DNA from: Candidatus Hatepunaea meridiana
GTDB taxonomy: Bacteria; Electryoneota; AABM5-125-24; Hatepunaeales; Hatepunaeaceae
Assembly (NCBI GenBank): GCA_030765125.1
Contig: JAVCDD010000176.1
Location: forward strand, 220-64,219
Reading direction: 5' to 3'
DNA: 64,000 bases
A program made the position numbers and the translations under genes. The notes beneath the pieces are model-generated. The model made no database searches and was not told where the DNA came from. It was given only the letters and a program-made list of their open reading frames with translations. Positions 19,368 to 27,618 of the stretch are shown in pieces (the first letter of the stretch is position 1; each line of letters opens with the position of its first letter).

Positions 19368-20066
19368 TTAGACATTCACCAGCTTTTCCGGCACACCTCT
19401 ATACCATACGCCATCCCATTTGAAACGCTTATAATTACTCGTTTCAGGGGGCTGCATATTAGGGTGTGAAAGCATAAAACCTGTTCCAGGTTGAGCGCCT
19501 CTATAGACGAGCGAACCTTCCGTCACCTTGATGATCTCATCATAGTAGAAGAAGCAGAGTATCCCATCGTATTTCTTACCGGGGATATGCTCGCAACGGC
19601 GGATATCCTCATTGCATATAGCGCAGGTAGGTTGGCGGAAGGTGAATCCGAGCGAAGCCTCGTTGTAGATACCACCGTCGATGTTCACTTTTAAATCTTC
19701 GCTGGCTGAGTGCACTCGCATCCAATAGAACTTGGGGACGATATAACTTATCTCGCTGCTTTCACCACGATGTATGTCACCGCCGAAGAAGCGGGCTACG
19801 CCGAGTGTATCCTTGCGATGACCGATCAACGCAGGCGCTCCCTGCACCATATCAAGCAGCAGTGGCAGATCCTCAGTCCGAAACCTGCCGAAACCGGCAT
19901 CCATTGCATCACCGGCAAGTTTGCAGCGGCGAATGTAAACGTCTCGTGCGGTAACCGGAATCAACGGAGCATTGGGAAGTGAATTAATCGCTATGATATC
20001 CTCATCAATAACCTTCTGCTGGTCAGCGAGCATAACACCGGATAATTCCCGATAAATCCAATCCAT
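19368..20066 (-). CDS. Putative phage prohead protease (no C-terminal scaffold extension)
   Basis: LIGH, NIDGGIYNEASLGF, CAIC..CEHIPG..Y, EGSLVYRGAQ pattern; follows the portal gene. Confidence 0.7.
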   Translation of the reverse strand: MDWIYRELSGVMLADQQKVIDEDIIAINSLPNAPLIPVTARDVYIRRCKLAGDAMDAGFGRFRTEDLPLLLDMVQGAPALIGHRKDTLGVARFFGGDIHRGESSEISYIVPKFYWMRVHSASEDLKVNIDGGIYNEASLGFTFRQPTCAICNEDIRRCEHIPGKKYDGILCFFYYDEIIKVTEGSLVYRGAQPGTGFMLSHPNMQPPETSNYKRFKWDGVWYRGVPEKLVNV

Positions 20067-20230
20067 CAGTTTTCCTCCTTACGTAGTTCAACATCAATAT
20101 CGCCACGATCTTCGAAAGCTATTTTGAGCTTCAGTACCAACTGATCCAGGTGGTAACAATATTTTTCAATACTGTGTTTAACGGGGTGTGGATCAGTGAT
20201 GTTGAATAATGTTAGTTGTTGTATTTGCAT
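20066..20230 (-). CDS. 54-aa hypothetical protein (not in ORF track)
   Basis: MQIQQLTLFNITDPHPVKHSIEKYCYHLDQLVLKLKIAFEDRGDIDVELRKEEN; AAAGGA RBS; TGATG overlap with the protease start. Confidence 0.55.
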   Translation of the reverse strand: MQIQQLTLFNITDPHPVKHSIEKYCYHLDQLVLKLKIAFEDRGDIDVELRKEEN

Positions 20231-20310
20231 TTTAAATCCTTTCTCTAACCGCAGATTTAACAGATTAAAGAAAATCTGTTTAATCTGCGAAATCTGCGGT
20301 TAATTAAGAC

Positions 20311-21648
20311 TCACGCGACAGGAGAGTCACGTCTAACGAGCAGCCTAATGCCTTCTTCTTTCGTGATATAACCTTGCTGCACTTTGAAATCAACGTTCTC
20401 GATCATCAGCTTATCGGCTTGCATTCGTTCCAATCGAAATGGGTTGGGATGATCTTCAAAGCGGTGCGTTACTTTGCCCTTGACGCCGCGTAAATCGAGT
20501 TCCATATTGCAGATCCAGTTAATCAAATCAGCGCCTGATTTCTGGTATACCGTCACCATCTGCATCAATAAATCAAATTGTGACTGCACCCAATTCTGCG
20601 TCGTCTTGTGTGTCCGTCCCAACACCCAGGGAAAGAGTTTGAGCCCGGTGATGACATCCTCGATGACCTGTTCGCGATTCAGACGCCAGCTCCAGTTATT
20701 CCCGCTTCCACCAACGACGCTAATTTCCACGTCATTCCATGTGAAGACGTTCTGATCCGGTTCAAGGTTCTGAAATTCATTAATGGTGTCCCGGAAATAT
20801 GTATTGACTCGCTCGGTATACTCCTTATCGCCTTCCCATGAGAATCTCTCCGGACGACCTATCCTGATCTGCATTCGCGGTACTCCCGCATTGTGACTCG
20901 AGCGCGCCATATCCTCTACCATCAACTCAACAACTTCAGCTACGAATGGAATGGAGGCAAGCGGTTCCACGCCGAAGGGATTAGACAAATCGGTTCCGAG
21001 TGTGCCATAGAAGAACCTTGCCGGATCCATTCTTATGCTTTCCCCATCATCATTTTCGATATAGGGAACCCAGCCCTGTTCCTTCTCGTGTGTCCACGAC
21101 ACTCGATAAGGATCAATGAATCTGAAATGATCTATGCTGTCGCCGTTCTCGGTTAGTATCACCTCTCCAGCAAATCTGCCGGTGGTGAACAGTTCCAGGA
21201 AGTAAGCTTCCGTTAGCTTGTTAAAACCGGAACCGCGTCCATAGGGAACTTCTAACAGTCTACCGTCGAGACCGGCTAATAGCTCTTCGGCGCGTCTGAC
21301 TTCAACGGGATTCCCCTCAATAAACCTCGTTTGTCGGGTTGCGCACAACCTGACCCAGGTCCATACGCCCGTCGAGATGATCGGAATGGAATCTCTGAGC
21401 CAGCGATAGAATTCTCCCTTGTTAGCTCCCTGAAAGCCGAAACCTCCAGGCAGATCGCTTCCCATTGCAACATTCATCTGTCGATAGAGCCCTTTTGGAT
21501 CCCAGCTTCGCTTGCCGCGTTTAGGGATATTCTTAGTTTGGGGAATATAGCTTTTTGTTGGACCGCTCAATTGCGTTGATCCTCTAACCTTGATCAGCCC
21601 ATCAAGCGTCCCATCTGCCGGTTTACGTTTCTTTCTCCAGAATGGCAT
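20311..21648 (-). CDS. Putative phage portal protein
   Basis: 445 aa directly after TerL; YRWLRDSIPII, LELFTTGRFAGEV, IDPYRV, PFGVEPL, NAGVPR, GLKLFPWVLG. Confidence 0.75.
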   Translation of the reverse strand: MPFWRKKRKPADGTLDGLIKVRGSTQLSGPTKSYIPQTKNIPKRGKRSWDPKGLYRQMNVAMGSDLPGGFGFQGANKGEFYRWLRDSIPIISTGVWTWVRLCATRQTRFIEGNPVEVRRAEELLAGLDGRLLEVPYGRGSGFNKLTEAYFLELFTTGRFAGEVILTENGDSIDHFRFIDPYRVSWTHEKEQGWVPYIENDDGESIRMDPARFFYGTLGTDLSNPFGVEPLASIPFVAEVVELMVEDMARSSHNAGVPRMQIRIGRPERFSWEGDKEYTERVNTYFRDTINEFQNLEPDQNVFTWNDVEISVVGGSGNNWSWRLNREQVIEDVITGLKLFPWVLGRTHKTTQNWVQSQFDLLMQMVTVYQKSGADLINWICNMELDLRGVKGKVTHRFEDHPNPFRLERMQADKLMIENVDFKVQQGYITKEEGIRLLVRRDSPVA

Positions 21649-21698
21649 TTCAATTCCTCATTGTTAAATTGTTAAACTGTTAAACTGTTAAATTGTTA

Positions 21699-21836
21699 CC
21701 GGGATTCTGTGTTAACCTTAACGGATTTCCCTCAAACCCGCTGTCAGACGCCCTCGTCTGACAGCAGATAATCACCAAAGGGGTAGATGCTGTCACACGA
21801 GGGCGTGTGCCAGCGGGAGTTAACACAGAATCTGGG
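21699..21836. repeat. Family D REP doublet inside a further inverted repeat
   Basis: CCCGCTGTCAGACGCCCTCGTCTGACAGC and inverse; outer GATTCTGTGTTAAC/GTTAACACAGAATC; homologue at 58459. Confidence 0.8.
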
Positions 21837-21903
21837 TGCTATATTGTTGTATTGTTACATTACAGTATTGTTATTCAGCAATTTAGCAATTCAACAATAT
21901 TTC

Positions 21904-23232
21904 TTAAAACTTCGCTCCTGCAACCATCGCTCCCGACCACCTGACAGGCTGCTTATCGGACAGATTTATGATTAAATACCTCAGTGCATCCGTTGCGTGA
22001 TCGTGATTGTTGTCCTTGAGCGGTTTGTTGCTGCCTTCTTCCCAGCGATAATGCTCAATGTGATGTATCGTTCTGCTGACGTTCTGCGCGAATCGAAGTC
22101 TGACCATACCGCTTGCATCCCGTAAAGACGATTTTAAAAGATCAACTCCGGTCATTATTTCCGAACATCTCCATTTCAGTTTAAAACCGTAGCGTTGTAA
22201 TCGTTCTATCGGTGAGAATCCGCTGTCGTTTTTCGAGGCGCCAGCCGGATCGCAGCCACTCCAAGTGATGTCATCCTCTTCAATTCCGTGTTTTTCGTCA
22301 ATAGTCTTAATAGCCTCCACCATTTCCTCAAGCGTGGCGTCATGTCCTTCCCACTCGTCGAAAACGACCATATCGCCTTCAGGTGAGAAGTGCATCCAGA
22401 TGATGTAAGGATGCCGATAACCGAAATCTATACCACGATAAGTCCGACCTGCGCCTCGTTTCCATTGGAACTGATGATCGAGAATATGCACGGCAGGATC
22501 AAACTCATCATAAACTCTGTCAGCCAACGCGCCGAAATCAAGCTCATACTCCTGTCGCCAGCGGGCGCTGGATAATCCTCGCTGGGCTTCTTTAATCCAC
22601 GTCTCATCGCGTAGGGGATGTTCTTTATAGTGTAGTTGCAGCTTGTCGAAACCATTTGATTTGTCGCTGTAAAGATCATGAAAAACGTTATCAGTGCCGT
22701 TGGGCGTTGAAATGCCTACAAAGCTGCCACCGGAATCAATCGCCGGTTTGACGCCCGTCCAGATGCCCTCCGAGTATGGCGTGAAAGCCATCTCATCCCA
22801 GAAGACGCCGGATGGGCTGTGCATCCGCGGCGCTTCCTCAGTTGCAGGAAGGGATATGATTCTGCTGCCCGAGTTGAAGCAAACCTCAGTATTCTTAACC
22901 TTAATCGCCGCTGCTTCACGAATGTCCTCCGGCAGTTCGTTCACCATAACTTTAAGCCGCTTTAACAGTTCCTGTGAGTCCCGCGCACCTTTGGAGAGCA
23001 TCAGGTATATACCGGGATTTTCATTTATAGCTCGGTATAGCATCCAGGCGCAGACGCACCAGGTTGCCATCATTTGCCTCGACTTGCATATAAACAGGAT
23101 GCGATGACAGCAAAGCGAGTCAAATATCTTCCGGGTAAAAGCATAATCAGGAAACGGCTTAATTCCCCCCACAGCGTCAAGTGTCCGAATATTCTCCACC
23201 ACCCAAGCCCAAATTACGTTTTCATTTTTCAT
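21904..23232 (-). CDS. Terminase large subunit
   Basis: Walker A region KSRQMMATW, Walker B VFWDEMAF, motif III STPNG, RQEY, nuclease GIDFG, DPAG, DHATDALRY. Confidence 0.9.
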   Translation of the reverse strand: MKNENVIWAWVVENIRTLDAVGGIKPFPDYAFTRKIFDSLCCHRILFICKSRQMMATWCVCAWMLYRAINENPGIYLMLSKGARDSQELLKRLKVMVNELPEDIREAAAIKVKNTEVCFNSGSRIISLPATEEAPRMHSPSGVFWDEMAFTPYSEGIWTGVKPAIDSGGSFVGISTPNGTDNVFHDLYSDKSNGFDKLQLHYKEHPLRDETWIKEAQRGLSSARWRQEYELDFGALADRVYDEFDPAVHILDHQFQWKRGAGRTYRGIDFGYRHPYIIWMHFSPEGDMVVFDEWEGHDATLEEMVEAIKTIDEKHGIEEDDITWSGCDPAGASKNDSGFSPIERLQRYGFKLKWRCSEIMTGVDLLKSSLRDASGMVRLRFAQNVSRTIHHIEHYRWEEGSNKPLKDNNHDHATDALRYLIINLSDKQPVRWSGAMVAGAKF

Positions 23233-23263
23233 TTTTAGTCTTTAGTCTTTAGTCATTCCCTTG

Positions 23264-23338
23264 CTGCCAGGTTTCAAGCGAAGCGTAACCTGGCAGTTTT
23301 CCCCGTCAGGTTACGCTTCGCTTGAAACCTAACGGGAA
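23264..23338. repeat. Family G REP doublet
   Basis: CAGGTTTCAAGCGAAGCGTAACCTG and inverse; homologues at 42132 and 58333. Confidence 0.75.
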
Positions 23339-23366
23339 CGCAATCACAACATCACAACATCAACAA

Positions 23367-24212
23367 TCAACTCCATTCCCAACTCTGATTACCCTTCTTC
23401 TGACCGTGCGTTATTTGCGGTGAATGCAGGAAGGGTCGTAGTGTCCGCCAGGCTGAGATCTCAAATTGCGAAGACAGATCACGCCAGCCGCGCGCTCTAC
23501 CCTCTGCCGATGTACATCCATCTGATAGAGAGCGAGTCGCTAGTCCCCGGCAGATAATCGACGTAGCAAGCTCCGTTGCTCCAGTCTTAAGTCCTTGATC
23601 TGTTGATGAAGCGTTATATTCGTCCTTCAAGATGCTGAGTATCTTGTCTTCAGCTTCGGTGATTGCCTCTGCGATAAGCTGATCTGCGCCGGAGTCTGCA
23701 GTTATTTGATAGTCTATCAGCACGGTAGTTTCCGGTTCGAGCGATCCGCCAGCGACAACGCTAATCTCGCCGTTATCGTAATCAATCATATAATCGATAT
23801 TCTTGGTAAATACCTGATAGCGGAGGTAGTAGACTTCTAATGCTGCGCCATCACCTATACTGCCACCGTTAATACGACGAACCTTTCCCTCGACACTGTT
23901 AAATGCGAAGTCTTTATCCAATTGGTAAACGGTTTCAAGACCCTTATCAGCCGCAACGACAATGTTATCCGGCACAAGCTTGTCATAGCTGAGCGCTACC
24001 CATGTCTCGCCATTAAGCGTAACACCGGATTGTTCGGTTGGAGTCATCGTAAGGAGGCGCTTAACGACCTCGCTGGACGATACCAGCCCTTTATGAGGCA
24101 GCGTTCCTTTACTACTGGCGCTTAACTCAACGGAGACGTCTTTATATTCCGTAGGTAGTCGATCGAGATCGAACAGGTGCTTTTTGATTGTTGTGGAATC
24201 TGTCCAGGACAT
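23367..24212 (-). CDS. Putative head-tail connector/adaptor with two inserted beta repeats
   Basis: N-term SWTDSTTIKKHL and C-term IAEAITEAEDKILSIL..LKTGATELA resemble helical connectors; middle has two Y..D..G.I..GGS..V.Y repeats; ATG at 24212. Confidence 0.5.
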   Translation of the reverse strand: MSWTDSTTIKKHLFDLDRLPTEYKDVSVELSASSKGTLPHKGLVSSSEVVKRLLTMTPTEQSGVTLNGETWVALSYDKLVPDNIVVAADKGLETVYQLDKDFAFNSVEGKVRRINGGSIGDGAALEVYYLRYQVFTKNIDYMIDYDNGEISVVAGGSLEPETTVLIDYQITADSGADQLIAEAITEAEDKILSILKDEYNASSTDQGLKTGATELATSIICRGLATRSLSDGCTSAEGRARGWRDLSSQFEISAWRTLRPFLHSPQITHGQKKGNQSWEWS

Positions 24213-24285
24213 GTTTATTCCTTGGAAATTGTTTGATTGTCTCATTGTTTCATTGCTTCATTGTTATATTTTTATATTGTTATGT

Positions 24286-24490
24286 ATTCCCGAAAGGAAT
24301 GAACGTGAATAGCGGTGGGTGAAACCCACCGAATCAAATTGCAAACCCTATCGCGACCCTGAAGGGGTCGAACAAGACACAACTTCATAAATCCTGTTTA
24401 TTCAACCCCTTTGGGGTTGGTTTGGGTTGTGTTTACACATTCCACTGGTTTACACCAGTTGCTATTCATATTTAACCCCTTCGGGGTTTT
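24286..24490. repeat. Family F multi-hairpin element, longest copy
   Basis: Serial hairpins CCCGAAAGG, GGTGGGTGAAACCCACC, GACCCTGAAGGGGTC, AACCCCTTTGGGGTT, CACTGGTTTACACCAGT, AACCCCTTCGGGGTT. Confidence 0.8.
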
Positions 24491-24514
24491 ATTGCCTATC
24501 CTACCCGTCGATGA

Positions 24515-24880
24515 TTAAATCAACTTCAGATGAACCGTTACCATCAATGTGGTGTTGTTAACCGCTCCGGTAGCAACCAGGCTACTATTCACACCATTAA
24601 TTTGGACATATACATCGAATACACCGGCATTCTGATTGGCGTATACCGATAGGCGATCACCCTGGTTTGCTGCTACGTCTCCACTATCACTAACCAACGA
24701 AGTTCCATCCCAGCAATCAATCCGGTATATCCGTGCATTCTTAGGCAGTGGAAAGCCATCGCCGAGTTCCCCACCGGCGCCCTTGAGATAAGTCGAGGAC
24801 ATTGTTACTTGCCCTGAGAAATTCAGCAAAACTTCAGCTTGTTTTGCTAACATGTAGTTCAGTGTTTTGTTTATGGACAT
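24515..24880 (-). CDS. Hypothetical beta-rich protein, possible head-associated structural protein
   Basis: 121 aa between capsid and connector genes. Confidence 0.55.
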   Translation of the reverse strand: MSINKTLNYMLAKQAEVLLNFSGQVTMSSTYLKGAGGELGDGFPLPKNARIYRIDCWDGTSLVSDSGDVAANQGDRLSVYANQNAGVFDVYVQINGVNSSLVATGAVNNTTLMVTVHLKLI

Positions 24881-25058
24881 TTTTCTTAAATATTGTTGTA
24901 TTGTTTGATTGTTAAATTGTTAAATTACTGTTCAGCAATGCAGCAATGCAGCAATGCAGCAATGCAACAATCAGATCGGATGATTTCCCCGCGGCGAAGT
25001 CAGGGTCTCATATATTATTTAGTACCCGTATATCACCTGCGGGGGACCATCCTTAAGA

Positions 25059-26123
25059 TTAATAATCCGACAACTTCGCCGCGCCGTCCACCATTATGGT
25101 ATAGACGGATTCTTTCGATACTACTGCGGATTCTAACTTCTGGTTGATGACTTTTTCAGCTTCTATCATCAATGGTTGCGATACCGTTTCCCGCAACGCA
25201 AAGCGGCTGTCGAAAGCGACTATCTTGGTTGAAGTCGCATTCGGCGCTATTACCAGCTTGGCATTTACCGGCAGGAACGAACGATAATCACCGCTACGTC
25301 TGAACAGTTCAGCCTGACTCCACGCCAATGGATCCTGCAATTGAGTCAGGTTGACGATGGCTTCAATGTCTGTAATCTTAGCGACAATATGCGTCATACT
25401 CGCCGGTACGTCGAATGACATCGCCAGATGAACCAGATCGCTGTAAGCAAACGTACCGCCCACGCCGTTAAAGATGTCGGCAGCGCCTGCTGACGTACCA
25501 TCACCGTTGAGCAGAACGTCGTAGATATCGTCAATCTCATCGTAAGCCATTTGCGCGCCGATCCACCAGAGGAATACCTTGAATTCGGTGAGTTTCTGGT
25601 TGCGAACTACTCGGTATGAAAAATCAAACTGCCTGCCGCGATCAATAATACTCGCTTCCTTGTCGCGGTATAGTAGTTCAACACGCGGATAAGCGCCGCC
25701 GCTGCCGGATCCTCGCTTGCCTAACGATTCCTTGGCATTAGTGGTCTTTATATAAATCGGTCGAACAGTTGGACCGGTTTCATGCACGATTGTCGCAACC
25801 AGATCGGTCGGATCCTGCACCATCTGATAGCCGCGTTTGATTTCGCGCAAGATGTATTCGGGCAGCAGAATAAGCCCACCGCCCACAAAGAACTGTTCCA
25901 TAGTGATCGTTCGAGGTCCGTCGGACTCAATACCATTCAGCATAAGCTGCCTTTCAAAGGCGTCGAGTGTACCGTCTGGTTCGCTTGGGTCTATCTGTTC
26001 CAGCAGTTCTGTGAAGCTGATTCCTTGTTCCTGAGCTTCAGCGTACAACGCCGGATTACCGGAACGAGAGTGCCCGACGATCAATTCTTTAAGTTTTTCT
26101 GAGTTTTCAAGATTTAATGTCAT
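25059..26123 (-). CDS. Putative major capsid protein (HK97-fold)
   Basis: 354 aa from ATG 26123 (AAGGA RBS); LDAFERQL..GI, FF..LLPEYILREI, GRQFDFSY, LLNGDG, EKVINQKLE; size and context. Confidence 0.8.
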   Translation of the reverse strand: MTLNLENSEKLKELIVGHSRSGNPALYAEAQEQGISFTELLEQIDPSEPDGTLDAFERQLMLNGIESDGPRTITMEQFFVGGGLILLPEYILREIKRGYQMVQDPTDLVATIVHETGPTVRPIYIKTTNAKESLGKRGSGSGGAYPRVELLYRDKEASIIDRGRQFDFSYRVVRNQKLTEFKVFLWWIGAQMAYDEIDDIYDVLLNGDGTSAGAADIFNGVGGTFAYSDLVHLAMSFDVPASMTHIVAKITDIEAIVNLTQLQDPLAWSQAELFRRSGDYRSFLPVNAKLVIAPNATSTKIVAFDSRFALRETVSQPLMIEAEKVINQKLESAVVSKESVYTIMVDGAAKLSDY

Positions 26124-26292
26124 TGTATTTCCTTTTAGTTTACAAGTTTTAAAGTGTGAAAGTGCGAAAGTATGAAAACCGGTGAATTTCAATCCAACGC
26201 TGGGTGGGGCGGGCGTCCCTGCCCGCCATTTTCACCCTTGTACTTCGCACTTCTTCTTTCGTAATTCACTATTCGCTATTCGCTATTCATCC

Positions 26293-26733
26293 CTATCCAA
26301 GCCACACGTCGCACGTCCCCGCACCTGAATCCACCGCGATGACCTGACCGCGCATCAAGTGTCCTCCGGCGGCGATGTCGGCATCGGCTGAGGCTTGCTT
26401 AACCTTACCGGCGCCGTCAATCTCGACCATCTGGTTGACCACCGGTGCTTGAGCGACGTATTTAAAGCGAGCTACACCGCGAGCTTGAACGGCGCACAGC
26501 GCTGGAATGGTTGTTCCGGATTGTAACTCCTGCGATACCCAGACGACCTTGCCAAACAGCTTCCCGCCGTCGGCTCCCATTCCTACCTCGTTGTCATCCG
26601 AGATGACGCAGGCGGTGAGGTTATCGTCAAGATCGGATTGTGTGAAATCCTTGTCTGCGGTAGTGTCAACAGTGAATGTCAGAAACGGCGTTCCACCGAT
26701 ACCGCTGTTGTCAATACTGAATTGACTGGACAT
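26293..26733 (-). CDS. Putative capsid decoration/cement protein
   Basis: 146 aa, Gly/Val-rich, AVQARG, DGAGKVK, VIAVD..CDVWLG; directly upstream of the capsid gene; AGGAG RBS. Confidence 0.6.
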   Translation of the reverse strand: MSSQFSIDNSGIGGTPFLTFTVDTTADKDFTQSDLDDNLTACVISDDNEVGMGADGGKLFGKVVWVSQELQSGTTIPALCAVQARGVARFKYVAQAPVVNQMVEIDGAGKVKQASADADIAAGGHLMRGQVIAVDSGAGTCDVWLG

Positions 26734-26846
26734 AATTTATTCTCCTGTTATTTGATTGATTCATTGTCTCATTGTTTGATTGTTTCCCGCCAGGTTACTC
26801 CCGAAGGTTCGGGATTGAAATCTGGCAGGAGCGTATACTTTGAATA

Positions 26847-27101
26847 TCACCTTCCACACCTGTACTTATCCAGAACCTGGGGTTCATCTCCACGAGTAAC
26901 CATTTTCAGTTCCCCGTCCCAGGATGGTTTATTCACTTGGTGAGGTTGGTTTTGCTGATAAGCATCAAAGTCTTTCGATTGTTCTACCGTTACGGTCAGG
27001 TTTTCCTGGTCCTTCTTTAGTTGATCGAGTTTTGTTGATATGTTGTCTATATCAACTGATTCAATGTTCAATTGACTGGGCGAAATGTCTGCTATATTCA
27101 T
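26847..27101 (-). CDS. Small coiled-coil protein, possible detached capsid scaffold
   Basis: 84 aa from ATG 27101 with GGAGGAG RBS; heptad segment ISTKLDQLKKDQENL; first gene of the cluster. Confidence 0.55.
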   Translation of the reverse strand: MNIADISPSQLNIESVDIDNISTKLDQLKKDQENLTVTVEQSKDFDAYQQNQPHQVNKPSWDGELKMVTRGDEPQVLDKYRCGR

Positions 27102-27133
27102 CGTGTTCTCCTCCGTCGTTAAGTTCAATGGAT

Positions 27134-27162
27134 AATATACGACATTATTATTCAAAAGTCAA
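27134..27162 (-). promoter_or_regulatory. Putative sigma70 promoter driving the head cluster
   Basis: TTGACT-17 nt-TATATT, about 30 nt upstream of ATG 27101. Confidence 0.6.
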
Positions 27163-27337
27163 GTAGAATGTATTACAATATATATTATATACAAAATTTA
27201 TGCATTATAGTAGATTGATGATGTATGATATTCTGCATATATACAGGATATATTGTATTATAACAAGAGGAATGAAAAATGTATAGGAAGTAATATTGTT
27301 TATTACAGGGCGCAAAATCTCGTTTGATACATCTACC

Positions 27338-27444
27338 GGGTAAGACAGATATTTTTGTCTGTCGATCCCTCGGGAAAGGACGGTTGACAGACAAGAATGT
27401 TTATCTTACCCAACGCCTCGGAAAGACAAGAGTGTCTGTCCTAC
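27338..27444. repeat. GTAG/GTAA-footed REP cluster
   Basis: GGGTAAGACAGATATTTTTGTCTGTC, GACAGACAAGAATGTTTATCTTACCC, GACAAGAGTGTCTGTCCTAC. Confidence 0.65.
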
Positions 27445-27518
27445 TAATGAAATCAAAACTTTGATTTTAGCGTTTTCTTCTGTATATTCATACTTATTCC
27501 CTTAAAAATAGAATCGTC

Positions 27519-27608
27519 TTCCTCCGGAGTGCTCAAGCTTGCTTGAGCTGGTTATACCACTTATTAGTCCCTGATCGGGCTCAAGCAAGCTTGAACACTC
27601 CGGAGGAA
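27519..27608. repeat. REP doublet, family B (GGAG foot)
   Basis: CCGGAGTGCTCAAGCTTGCTTGAGC and inverse. Confidence 0.85.
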
Positions 27609-27618
27609 TCACAGAGGT

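Larger units (their letters stand above)
16019..27162 (-). mobile_element. Phage-derived head/packaging cluster with decayed lysis region (domesticated element or prophage remnant)
   Basis: Co-oriented capsid, TerL, portal, prohead protease, connector, holin-like and amidase genes; no integrase, replication or tail genes recognised. Confidence 0.8.

Noticed and set aside
16019-27162. Complete inducible prophage, PICI or cf-PICI
   Set aside because: No integrase, att repeats, regulators or primase recognised, and not inserted at the tRNA genes.
27233-27246. LexA box upstream of the capsid operon
   Set aside because: CTG-N8-CAG rather than the CTG-N10-CAG of the E. coli-type box; this lineage's box is unknown.
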